Source of the DNA: Eledone cirrhosa
Lineage: Eukaryota
Assembly (NCBI GenBank): GCA_964016885.1
Contig: OZ024743.1
Location: 125,240,001 to 125,304,000, forward strand
Direction of reading: 5' to 3'
DNA: 64,000 bases
Of the stretch, positions 1 through 11,964 are shown in pieces. Under the pieces are notes generated by a model. The model searched no databases, was not told the DNA's origin, and saw only the letters and a list, made by a program, of their open reading frames with translations. The position numbers and the translations under genes were made by a program. Position 1 is the stretch's first letter, and each line of letters starts with the position of its first letter.

Positions 1-146
1 GCACTACCTTAAGGGAATTTAATTGATCCTGACAACTACCCCAGTACTTATTTTATCGATCACACTTTGTCGAAACGCTAAGATACGGGGTATTAAAACA
101 GACATAGACGTTCAATTTAACGTCTATCATGGGAGAAAAATAAATT

Positions 147-534
147 AATTGTTTCTACTTTAGGCACAAGGCCAGCAATTACTCAATTCATTACTGGTAC
201 TTTATTTTATCGACCCCGTAAGGATGAAAGGCAAAGTCAACCTCGGCGGGATTTGAACTCAGATCGTAAAGGGACGTAACTATGCTGGAAAGCATGGCAT
301 CCGACCCTCTACCGATACTGCCAAGCCACCGCCTTGACTGTATTAATAATTGTTTCTACTTTAGGCACAAAGCCAGCAATTACCCAGTGCATTACTGGTA
401 CTTTATTATATCGACCCCGTAAGGATGAAAGGCAAAGTTAATCTCGGCGGGATTTGAACTCAGATCGTAAAGGGACGTAACTATGCTGGAAAGCATGGCG
501 TTCGACCCTCTACCGATACTGCCAATCCACCGCC
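147..534 (-). mobile_element. Tandem dimer of tRNA-derived SINE (147-333 and 348-534)
   Basis: On -, each unit has an A-box-like TGGCAGTATCGG, a B-box GAGTTCAAATCC, the core GCCTTTCATCCTTACGGGGTCGATA and the tail GGCCTTGTGCCTAAAGTAGAAACAATT. The pair is flanked by the direct repeat GGGAGAAAAATAAATTAAT (131-149, 536-554). Confidence 0.85.
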
Positions 535-754
535 CGGGAGAAAAATAAATTAATGAGTCGAAGTCGGGATTCGGTTTAATGACCAGCTTAGGCCAATTAC
601 CTTCACTTGCGACGTTAACAAAATGTCATTCGGAAAAGCATGAAAATTAGTTTTCATTTTACTTTCCTTTAAAATGTAAACATTTTTTTTCTTTTTTTTT
701 TTCTATTCTATTAACCGATATTTCACCGATATTTCATAAGGGTGAAATAACTAA

Positions 755-830
<76 letters not shown>

Positions 831-859
831 TATATATATATGTATATATATATATACAG

Positions 860-893
<34 letters not shown>

Positions 894-925
894 TACAGTA
901 TATATATATATATATATACAGTATG

Positions 926-957
<32 letters not shown>

Positions 958-1032
958 CAGTATGTATATATATATGTATATATATATACATATGTATATA
1001 TATTATATATATATATGTATATATATATATAT
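755..1032. repeat. (TG)n/(TA)n microsatellite; representative of many large (TA)n tracts in the window
   Basis: Seen directly. Similar tracts lie at about 24160-24840, 25083-25523, 26250-27490, 27970-28775, 30400-31075, 31725-32240, 33040-34947, 39070-40260 and 49622-52480. Confidence 0.95.
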
Positions 1033-1122
1033 AGGGAAACATAAAGCAGGCTTTGTTTACAAACAGGTAGCGAATTTGAAAATAGGTAGTAATATGTGCT
1101 TACGCCGTATTTGACTAAATAA

Positions 1123-1192
<70 letters not shown>

Positions 1193-1243
1193 ATGTTGAA
1201 AAAGTAACACACAGCGAGGGCCTATGCCTCCGTTAATTTATCA

Positions 1244-1278
<35 letters not shown>

Positions 1279-1458
1279 CAAAAGTTTATATGGTTCGTTG
1301 ATTATTCAACGAATTCAATTTTACAATAGATTAGAAGCACTCAATAGATTTATCTGGAGTATCTATAATATTAATAAATGAGAATTTTCATAACCAAAAT
1401 ATATAGTTTATTATTCAAGGGTACTGTGGTTTTTAAGTACGCCATCATCAGATAAAAC

Positions 1459-1539
<81 letters not shown>

Positions 1540-1544
1540 TTATA

Positions 1545-2045
1545 TGCGCTAGACAAACACTACTGGAGTTTCAGAAGGAATACTGGACCAGAAATACATA
1601 TAGTAATCTCTTCGACATAACTATGGGCTCTAGTGATTCCGCCCAAATTACCGATCTTGTGGGCCTCTTTCTTCTATTTAACATTAATTCATCTTTTCCC
1701 CACGTTAAAGGTGGTTTATATCGTGATGACTGTCTTCTTCTTTCCACTAATCTTAGCCTATCAGAAATTGAAAGAAATAAAAAACTTATTAGAACTTTCC
1801 TCAAAGACTATTACAATCTCACTATTACATTTGAAAACACCAGTAAAATAGTCAATTTCCTTGATATAACATTAGACTTATCTACGGGTATCTACCAACC
1901 TTACCATAAACCTAACCAAAACTTACATTACATACACTCACAATCCAATCACCCTAGATCTATCCTTAAAAATCTAGCATATAATATCTCACTCAGAATT
2001 TCTAACCTTTCATCTAACCAGGATGTATTCGATAAAAACACTCCC
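1545..2045 (+). pseudogene. Penelope-like element reverse transcriptase fragment (Hydra-clade-like), truncated at both ends
   Basis: Translation FDITMGSSDSAQITDLVGLFLL...GGLYRDDCL...VNFLDITLDL...YHKPN...SNHP shows the PLE RT motifs. The DNA is closely similar to the reverse complement of 45330-45575. Confidence 0.85.
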
Positions 2046-2094
2046 TGGTTTTTCATCAGATGTGAGAAAAACCACAGACCCTCCATCTCAACTC

Positions 2095-2133
2095 CACTTT
2101 TGAAAAGCAGAAGAACTGCGAAACCGGTAAAGG
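2095..2133 (+). ncRNA. Minimal type I hammerhead motif, U3:A8 variant (copies at 2880-2917 on - and 2987-3025 on +)
   Basis: ctt-TTGAAAA-gcag(aagaa)ctgc-GAAA-ccgg-TA-aag: short stem I, 4-bp stem II, palindromic stem III and a GUA triplet. Confidence 0.6.
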
Positions 2134-2202
2134 AACCAAATAAATATATATATTTAAAAAAAAAATAAGACTCCAGTTGCATTTTCGATTTCATCTTTTT
2201 TT

Positions 2203-2240
<38 letters not shown>

Positions 2241-2581
2241 AAAGTTATATTTAAATTGTTGGGTTAACAACGAGTAAATATTTATAACTGATATAAAAGC
2301 ACTCAACAAGTATTTGGAGTATATTTATGATATTAAATAAATGGAAACTATATTTATAAAACCATATTTATTTCGTTATATATATTTCAGGGATATCATA
2401 TTAACAATATGTTATGCCTTCTTCAGACAAAATACAATATAAACAGTCTTATAAATAAATAGATACGACATACCTTTCAATCACCTTGCATTTGGGAGGT
2501 TGATTTGGCAAATCAACCTCCCAAATGCAAGGTGATTGAAAGGTATGTCGTATCTATTTATTTATAAGACTGTTTATATTG

Positions 2582-2647
2582 TATTTTGTCTGAAGAAGGC
2601 ATAACATATTGTTAATATGATATCCCTGAAATATATATAACGAAATA
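2582..2647 (+). ncRNA. Minimal type I hammerhead ribozyme (mirror copy at 2369-2434 on -)
   Basis: tattttgt-CTGAAGA-agg...cct-GAAA-tatata-TA-acgaaata: 8-bp stem I (one G-U), hairpin stem II and an AUA triplet. Confidence 0.75.
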
Positions 2648-2775
2648 AATATGGTTTTATAAATATAGTTTCCATTTATTTAATATCATAAATATACTCC
2701 AAATACTTGTTGAGTGCTTTTATATCAGTTATAAATATTTACTCGTTGTTAACCCAACAATTTAAATATAACTTT

Positions 2776-2809
<34 letters not shown>

Positions 2810-3162
2810 AAAAAAAGATGAAATCGAAAATGCAACTGGAGTCTTATTTTTTAAAAAAATATATATATTTATTTGGTTCCTTTACCGGTTTCGCAGTTCT
2901 TCTGCTTTTCAAAAGTGGAGTTGAGATGGAGGGTCTGTGGTTTTTCTCACATCTGATGAAAAACCACAGACCCTCCATCTCAACTCTACTTTTGAAAAGC
3001 AGAAGAACTGCGAAACCGGTAAAGGAACCAAATAAATATATATATATTTTTTTAAAATAAGACTCCAGCTGCATTTTCGATTTCATCTTTTTTTCTTAAT
3101 ACTTTCACTCGTGTAGGGCACCTCGGTTATTTTTCATTTTGTAAAAAAAACCTCACTTTCTA

Positions 3163-3268
<106 letters not shown>

Positions 3269-3686
3269 ATGTATATATATATAGAGAAAAGATGAAGTTG
3301 GAAATAGCACGGGAGATATATTTAAGGGTCTGTTTTTCTTTTTTGATTCGTGAAAGTAACATTATTGAAAAGATAATTTTATTAAAAAAAAGGAGTGACA
3401 ATTTATTTTAAAAAAATTGTTTATATATCTATACATATATAAACTTCCTCGTTTTTTCTATTATATATATATATATATATCTTTATATAAAATTTTTTAT
3501 ATATCTATACATATATAAACTTCTTTGTTTTTTCTATTATATATATATATATATATTTATATATATGTATAGTATATTTGGCAATATACCGTATGTTTAA
3601 TTTAAAACATTTTGAAGACCATACGCTATCGGTTTTAAAGTAGTGACTATGTCACTTACTTCTTTTCTGCGAAAGAAGGGAGAGAT

Positions 3687-3724
3687 GCTAACAATCTGTT
3701 TCACACATTGGCGATCATCAGAGC
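3687..3724 (-). ncRNA. Possible minimal hammerhead motif
   Basis: On -: gct-CTGATGA-tcgc(caat)gtgt-GAAA-cagattg-TT-agc. The stems are short. Confidence 0.45.
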
Positions 3725-3951
3725 CACGCACTCCCCCGCTTTCGCCGAAAATTATAGAAGCTGGATTCTTATAGAATTCCAGTAATAATCATGAGCTGAT
3801 TATACAGAGCGATTGCCGGTCCAGCAAAAATTAGGTATTAGGATTGGAGCACCAATCCTATATTATATATATATATATATAATGTAAAGAGTTAGTGCCT
3901 GCCTGACGGCTGAGCTCATCCCGTTTCAACGGTCAGTGGATAACTCATGAG

Positions 3952-4074
<123 letters not shown>

Positions 4075-4619
4075 ATATATATATATGTGTGTATATATAT
4101 ATTATATACATATGAGTGTGTGTGTGTGTGTGCGTGTATTTGGCGGTCCTATTTGCTTTGACTTATAAGTATATATGTATGTATGGGTACGTGTGAAAGT
4201 GTCTGTGAGTTTGTGTGGGGGTGGGGGTACTATTGATATGTGTATCCCACCAAAGCACCTAGTCGTGGTATATGTCGACTGAATCAGTGCTATAGAGTGA
4301 GGTGCATCCTCGCGAGGTGGAGAGAATACTTTGCTTATCTCCTAAACCAGACCACAACAATATCTGATGTACAGGTCCTAATACCACACGATCCTCTCCA
4401 CCACTTTGGTCATTTCCCCCAACGCTACTGCGCAGTATATATATGTTTAGTGATTTATCTATTGACTAGACCACCCATGATCCATTGGATCACGTTCAAA
4501 TAAAAATAATTTTCAAATAATTAAAATATACACAGACATGTATGTAATGTGAAATGAAACTGGAAGGCCCATATATATATACGTGTGTGTATATATATAT
4601 ATATATAAACATGTGTGTT

Positions 4620-4651
<32 letters not shown>

Positions 4652-4657
<6 letters not shown>

Positions 4658-5216
4658 TTAAAACAATGAAATAAAAAATCAAGTCCTTAGAGATATACTT
4701 CACTGCTTTACGATCGTTTCTAGATGCTGATAATACATTGTATCTATACTCAGTTATTGATCTATGTAAGTTTACAAACTATCAGATAGAGAGAATATTT
4801 ACTTACATGCATATCACCAGCTGTTTTCAAAAGCAATAATAATTTTATTCAATAATAATTTTACTCAGAATTAATATCATGTCCATATTTGGAGGTAGTT
4901 GAAGAACTAACGAATCAAATTGTTTTTTTCGCATGTAAGTAAATATTCTCTCTATCTGATAGTTTTTAAACTTACATAGATCAATAACTGAGTATAAATA
5001 CAATGTATTATCACCATCTAGAAACGATCGTAAAGCAGTGAAGTATATCTCTAATGACTTGATTTTTTATTTCATTGTTTTAACTTATATCATGACTCTG
5101 TTTTCCTTTTAATGTTTTATTGTTTTCTGAGATTTATCTTAACCTACAACATTTTCAACATATGGATTACATTGAGTTCTTCATACAGAATAGACCCCAC
5201 AACTTACAGTGGATAC

Positions 5217-5225
<9 letters not shown>
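4652..5225. mobile_element. Head-to-head (fold-back) PLE pseudo-LTR insertion in (TA)n
   Basis: 4652-4810 is the inverted copy of 4931-5090. The long arm ends with TACATTGAGTTCTTCATAC, which is homologous to the PLE end at 40260-40440. Both sides are flanked by (TA)n. Confidence 0.7.
4700..4839 (-). ncRNA. Hammerhead ribozyme with long stem II, U3:A8 variant
   Basis: On -: ttattgctt-TTGAAAA-cagctggtgatatgca...tgtattatcagcatcta-GAAA-cgatcg-TA-aagcagtga, with a 9-bp stem I. Confidence 0.7.
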
Positions 5226-5269
<44 letters not shown>

Positions 5270-5389
5270 AACCAGTAAGACCCCGACAGCTGAGCTCAAG
5301 CCGTCGTTCCTATTACCCACTCTACTACCTCAAGTATTGAGTACTTTGGTGCGTTATGGTCCACCTGGTTCCTTACCACATTTCCTTCG

Positions 5390-5590
<201 letters not shown>

Positions 5591-5664
5591 TATGTGATCT
5601 ATATACACTGGTCATAGACACACACATATATATACACACACACTCACATTGAATTGTATAATAT

Positions 5665-6485
5665 TCTAATACAACAAAGCTAAGAAAAGAAACAAAAGTC
5701 GAACTTTCAATAGAAAACAACCTTTTACTGTGTTGAGGAAATATCAATAAGGAAAAAGATATGGCTTGAGGCGTTTCCAGGATACCTAAACAGTTATTGA
5801 AGCAATAAATAAAGCAATCAAGTGACACAACACCACCAGCTCTCTTCCATTCTCCTTCGATGTCTCCTCTCCCTCTCTCTATGTCTCTCTCTTTTAATCT
5901 ACTCTCTCACAACCACTATCTCTTTCTCTCTATCCTTCTCTCTCTCTGTGTTTATGAAGGTACCCAGAAAACCCCATATCTCAGGAACCTATTCTTCGAT
6001 TTACGCGAAACTTGTTTTATTCCATTTATATTCCCATTTCAGGAGCAACTTCCTTTCAAAGTATTTCCCATTATGCGCCCTTTTGGCTGTATTACATTAC
6101 AGACAAGCAAGCAAGCAAGCAATCACAGAATTTTAGTAATATACTAGACTACCCGTGACCCATGGGTCACCAGTAGTTCAAGGTACCCGAAAAAACCCGC
6201 ATATCTCGGGAACCTGTGATTCGATTTACGCGAAACATGTTTTATTCCGTTTGTTACTTTCGTGGTATTTTTCCATTGTGTACCGTTTTGGTTATTTATG
6301 AAGGTACTCAGAAAACCCCATATCTCAGGAACCCGTGTTCCGATTTACGCGAAACTGGTTTTATTCCGTTTGTATTCCCATTTCAGGGTCAACTTCCTTT
6401 CAAAGTATTTTTCCATTATGCACCCTTTTGGCTGTATTACATTACATCCAAGCAAGCAATTGCAGACTTTTAGTATTATATAGAT
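5665..6485 (+). mobile_element. Helitron-like non-autonomous element(s) with internal tandem duplications
   Basis: Starts with TCTAATA. The hairpin GTGACCCATGGGTCAC is followed by CAGTAG (6155-6176). 5952-6145 recurs at 6296-6485, and the 5' part recurs at 9866-10108. Confidence 0.45.
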
Positions 6486-7088
6486 AGATAAATTGCAGGA
6501 AAGTATTACATATTTGATTATATAAAATTGCACAAAACTGATTCTTTAAAGTTCAATAATGCACCTTTATGATATCTACGTCGTAGACGGCTGTTTAGTT
6601 GGCCTCAGTGGTAGCGCCGGTCATGTTCATATATCCATCCTTTTTGTGCTAATATTGATTAAAAAATAAAAACTTTATAAAAGGAAACAATAAGACATTT
6701 TCTGATAGGTCAGTATTTCTGTTTAATTTGTCATGTAGCCACAAAAACATCTGAAAGAAATCTTGTTGCTGTTTACTTAAGTGTACCAACGTTTTTTATT
6801 TTGTTTTAATATATTTCTTTTTGCCATGTAGCTCATTTGCTTTTGTTATGCTTTTTGCTTGTTTTTTGTTAGTCTTGTTTCGTGTTTACCTTATATAAAC
6901 TGCTGCTATTGAATTGTAATCCATATATATAAAACTGAGGATGTCTGTCGGTGTGTGTGTCTGTGAGTTTGAATCCCTAAAACTCGAGAAATATCCAACC
7001 GATTTTTTTCAAACTTTACATGTGTATTACTTATGTTTCAGGGAGTGTTGTGCACATAAACAATTCAACTTTTTGATCCCCTAGGACA

Positions 7089-8743
7089 CAGGTTCTCAAC
7101 CCATTTAGGCCAAACGCCCCCTTTTGTCCCTTGAAATCATGACCCCCCCCCCCCCCACACACACACACACTATTTTCCCATTTTTCAATATACTACTGAT
7201 TTTGATATCAGTCGATTACTAAAGAATTGATTAACAATATTCAGGCAGCTGAGAGTATAAATACATTCCTTGAAAGGAAATATATAAATTTCAAAAAAAG
7301 GAACATAAATGTTCTTTTTTATGAATAAGGACCAGTTGAATTTGTTATATTCCCACCAGGAACATTTATACAAGAGCAACTCTGTCTATCCCAAGAGTGT
7401 TCTTATCTGGAAGAAAGTGGCAATTATATCATTTCAAAGCTTTCCAATTTTCCCTTTAATGAAACGAACAGAATAAATGTTGATATCAAACTTGATGTTC
7501 CCTCTGCTTTGTGAGCTTAGAGACCATGGAAGAGGGTTTTCATGACCACGCGGGAGGGTATATTGTAGTAGATGGTTTCCAGTCCAGTCAGACTGCAACT
7601 ACAAATAAAAAAATTGTTAGTTTGCTTTGTAACAATAGCATATCCAAGTTTTAGGATAAATCAACCTACTTTAACTTTGATTCATTTCAATGGGACCCTT
7701 GAGCTTCATGGAATCTAGCTAACTCTTTGACGTGAGGTTGAATTTTCCTAAGGTGTAGCCAGAGATCTCCACGTGTAATTACATTGTAGCGGTTGCGAGC
7801 CTTACTGTGCAGTCTGGAAACAACACCATACCTCCTCTCGACTAGGTATGAGCTTGGAAAAGGCAGAGCAAATCTCTTAGCCTCTGCATGTAGGTGTGGA
7901 AATCAACGCTGAATTTCCTCTTGCATCCCAAAAAGGGGTTCACCTATTTTGGGAAATCTTATTTTGATCATGTCATCTGCTTGAAGTTCAATGAATTCTT
8001 CCTGAAATTTAACGTCCAAATCGTCGACGTTAGCTATGAAAGCATCTGTTACCCACATTGGGATGTCCATCGGCAAAAGGTCGACAAACCGTTCTCTCAT
8101 GTTGTCCTGTAGCGCACGGAGATGAGTGGTATAAATTTGGAGTTGGTCATCGCTTACAATGTTTTGAACATTGGCGACACTAGGAAAATTATAGAATTCC
8201 CGTCAACAAAGATTCCTTTCGATGACATTCAATTTGGCCAGGAATGTTTTCACAGCATTCCTTTCTTTAAGCAAGGTGATCTTCTTCCCCTGCAAAGCCA
8301 AAATGACGCTATTGCATTTGTCGAAGGTGTTGGTGAGGTAGGCGCAGTCTTGCCTCACATCGAGGGTTTTCTTGTACAGTTCTGTGTTGCGTCCTCGCAG
8401 AAACTCAATGATAGAGTCGAAGAGTTGAAAGAAGTGAGTAAAGCACTTGCCCTTTGAAAGCCACCTCACTTCAGTATAAAGGAGCAACTTTACGAATTCT
8501 TCGTCATTATCTTGGCACAGTTGCTGGAAAATTCGTTCATTGAGGGAATGCCGTTTGATAAAATTGATGACATCAATGGCCACCTGCAAGGACTTGTTCA
8601 GCGGCTTGCTGAATTTCTTCGCAGCCAAGTGTTGTCGATGAATGACACAATGAACAGCAAATACAGATAGATTTTCTCTCTTCAGAAGAGTGACGAAGCT
8701 TTTATGTTGGCCGACCATTGCTCTTGCGTCGTCCGTAGCACAT
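7089..8743 (-). mobile_element. hAT (Charlie/Buster-type) transposon, 5'-truncated, with frameshifted transposase pseudogene (~7687-8743)
   Basis: Motifs TDDARAMVG, HCVIHRQHLAAK, LLYTEVRWLSKG, FPSSYLVE and a C-terminal AQGSH*. A TIR-like CAGGTTCTCAACC lies at 7089. Confidence 0.88.
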
Positions 8744-8744
8744 G

Positions 8745-9365
8745 ATACAATGTGTGTTGTATGTGGTCCTAGATGTATGTATTACCTGCCTGTGTGTTGT
8801 ATGTAGTCCTAGATGTATGTATTACCTGCATATGTATTGCATGTGGTCCCAGCTGTATGTATTACCTGCTTGTGTGTTGTATGTCGTCCTAGATGTATGT
8901 ATTACCTGCTTGTGTGTTGTATGTCGTCCTAGATGTATGTATTACCTGCATATGTATTTCTTGTGGTCCCAGCTGTATGTATTACCTGCTTGTGTGTTGT
9001 ATGTCGTCCTAGATGTATGTATTACCTGATTGTGTTGTATGTGGTTCTAGATGTTTGTATTACCTGATTATGTGTTGTATGTGGTCTTAGATGTGTGTGC
9101 TACCTGCCTGTGTGTTTTATGTGGTCCTAGATGTGTGTGTGCTACCTCCTTATGTGTTGCATGTGGTCCTAGATGTTTGTATTACCTGATTATGTGTTGT
9201 ATGTGGTCCTAGATGTGTGTGCTACCTGCCTGTGTGTTTTATGTGGTCCTAGATGTGTGTGTGCTACCTCCTTATGTGTTGCATGTGGTCCTAGATGTGT
9301 GTATTATCTGCTTATGTGTTGTATGTGGTCTTAGATGCATGTATTACCTGCTTGTGTTGTATGTG
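8745..9365. repeat. ~40-bp minisatellite
   Basis: About 15 copies of TGTGTGTTGTATGTGGTCCTAGATGTATGTATTACCTGC. Confidence 0.92.
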
Positions 9366-11202
9366 CCACCCACTTCTATGTTTTTTTTCTTTTTTTCTTT
9401 GTAATATTATTTATACAATAGGGAATAAAATAGATTAACATAGTGTTAACTCGTTACGGTTGAGTCAATAATTTCAGACATGAAATACATTGTTATCGGT
9501 GAAAGAAAGATAAGATTCTAACTGGCTGCGCTCAAAGTGTCATTGACCCAGATGACTGGGTTGTTTTAATTTTTTTCATTTTACCGGTTAATGGCATATT
9601 ATTAATATGCCTTGAAATTTCTAATAATATTATTATGCACATTAAAAAAATTCATTTTCTTGATCACCTAGAGCCTGCATTAGGTAAAAACCTGCATTTT
9701 TCCTGCTTCATCGAGGAAAATCTTAAAGATTATCCAGCCATCAGAGTATTTGGTTTATTTTCTTTATATATTGTCCAGGCATGCAGTTTTTCCACGATTA
9801 GGTCTGTTGGCGGCCCGCGTTCCAAAATACCTTATCCCGTGCAACGCCGGGTACCACTGCTAGTATTCTAATATAACAAAGCTAAGAAAAGAAACAAAAG
9901 TCGAACTTTCAATAGAAAACATAACCTTTTACTGTGTCGAGGAAATATCAATAAGGAAAAAGATATGGCTTGAGGAGTTTCCATGATACCTAAACAGATA
10001 TTCAAGCAATAAATAAAGCAATCAAGCAAACAAATGGGACAAAATAGTGACACAACACCACCAGCTCTCTTCCAATCTCCTTCGATGTCTCCTCTCCCTC
10101 TCTCTATGACACCTGATTAGATACATTAAAGGGCTGTTGTTGTTGTTGTTGTTGATGTTGGTGGTAGTGGTGGTGGTATCATTGTCGTTGCCGTTCTTCA
10201 AATCAACCCTGATCGAGCAGACCAATCCCGTCCTTTTAACGCATGTAGGCCTACATTACCGAATGTGCCCCGTCCTAATATATAAGCATACGGTGTGACT
10301 TAAATGGGATTTGGCTGCTATTTCTAGAATGTCGAGCAACCCCGTTGAGGCTCCCTCGTTTGGTCGTTGAGTGGTGGGTGATGGGCTGATGGCTTGAATG
10401 AGTGCACAGAAATGGAATAAACATGTGACCTTTCGGTTTCCATTTATTATTCCTATCGATTTGAAGATTTAACTCTCATTTACGAAAGCAGTTCTATATA
10501 TCATTCTGATTTAGATAAAGATTAACTTTAGAAAAATTTCTATTAAACGTACATGCATGTTGTCATTCTATTTTTAATTATTTGGATTCTGCCCATAAAG
10601 GAGGAGCTGATTTCTATTCTAACAAAGCAACAAAGCTCAATTGTCGGAATTTAGCTGGCGGCATCGGCGAAGTGTTACGTGTTGAACTTTAGAAACGTTT
10701 TGTACATCTTTACTGTTCTGCTTACAGATTTTATTTGCAAAGTGTATATTAGCTGGCGAATCTGACGAGTTTGCCACTTAGGCGTTCACTAACGTAGCCA
10801 AATGTGCCGGTATAGGTATAAAGGTGAATTTATAACCTGAGAAAACAAGATGTAGGCTTTGAAGCAGTTCTATATAAATATTAGATTTCCCACTGATTTT
10901 GACAGAAATCATTTGATCTGCATGGCAGCTGGCATCTATGTATGCATGTACATATTAATATATCAAAGATAATAGAGTTTCGCCAAGATAAGCATATTGT
11001 GTAAACCGATGATGTGTCCATTGGGCGCGCTGGATATCCATCTTAGCAGGCAAACTAACTGAGTTGGTATACACAATGGCGTTACATACACCACTACACA
11101 TATATTTCTATACATACATCCCCACTATACACTCTACTATTCATATATCATATCTACACACCCTGCTATACATATATAGGGCAGATACTGAGTTGTATGA
11201 AT

Positions 11203-11526
11203 GTAACAATGAGACATAGACATGGTTTGTGTGTATAATATTTAATTAACAATCATGGATATATATAGAACAGTATAGTTGACATGTCAAAGAAATAGAT
11301 GATAGAATGAAGCAAAGTTAGTAGTTACCGTTTTGATTGCCAGGCAAACGCGGCTGGCAGAAGACGCCTGGCTAAGGCCAGGCGCCGGAAGGGCAAATGA
11401 GAGGGAGAGAGCCGAAGGCTATTCGTTTTATAGGGCTCTGCCGGAAGTTACAGAAAGGGTTCTACTTCCCGTCTAGATGTTAATCTATTGGGGTTGTGAG
11501 TCACAACAAGGGAGACAACCGCTACA
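11203..11526 (-). mobile_element. Possible solo LTR
   Basis: TGTAAC...GCTACA inverted termini, a TATAAA on - and a GC-richer body inside CA-rich low-complexity DNA. No clean TSD. Confidence 0.3.
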
Positions 11527-11564
11527 CATACATCGCAACTAGACATCCTGTTTAACATACATTA

Positions 11565-11732
11565 TGGTGGATTGGCAGTATCGGTAGAGAGTCGGACGCC
11601 ATGCTTTGACGCATTCTGAGTTCAAATCCCGCCGAGGTTAACTTTGGCTTTCATCCTTACGGGGTCGATAAAATAAAGTACCAGTAATACACTGGGGTAA
11701 TAGCTGGCCTTGTGCCAAAAGTAGAAACAATT
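11565..11732 (+). mobile_element. tRNA-derived SINE
   Basis: A/B boxes, core and tail match 147-333. Confidence 0.85.
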
Positions 11733-11964
11733 ATATGTACATACCCTGCCATATACACCCTATTATACATACGTTTAAACTATACATCCTACTATATATA
11801 TTCATCACAATTACACACCCTGTTGTATATACATCATATCTACACACCCTGCTGTATATGCATGACAACTATACACCCTACTACCTATATATCACCACTA
11901 TACACTCTCCTATATATACAGCACCAGTATACATTGTATCATATATACATTACTACTATACTCA

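Larger units (their letters stand above)
2046..3097. repeat. Nested perfect palindromes in PLE pseudo-LTR-type sequence (centres ~2508 and ~2953)
   Basis: GGAGGTTGATTTG-G-CAAATCAACCTCC with a 1-nt spacer and ~460 bp arms. A second fold-back pairs about 2806-2947 with 2958-3097. Confidence 0.92.
6920..9863 (+). mobile_element. Helitron-like ends enclosing a nested hAT fragment and a minisatellite
   Basis: 5' end A|TCCATATATATAAAA. 3' end hairpin CCCGTGCAACGCCGGG followed by CTAG|T. That both ends belong to one element is inferred. Confidence 0.5.

Noticed and set aside
147-333. tRNA gene
   Set aside because: The A/B boxes belong to a multi-copy SINE head, and no cloverleaf is evident.
1405-1458. 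Minus-strand HHR-like motif gttttat-CTGATGA-stem II-GAA-TA-ataaac
   Set aside because: Related to the 2582 type, but stem III is deleted. Counted only as a dead remnant.
8745-9365. ~40-bp periodic array as a CRISPR candidate
   Set aside because: Contiguous tandem units with no unique spacers, no cas genes and a eukaryotic context.
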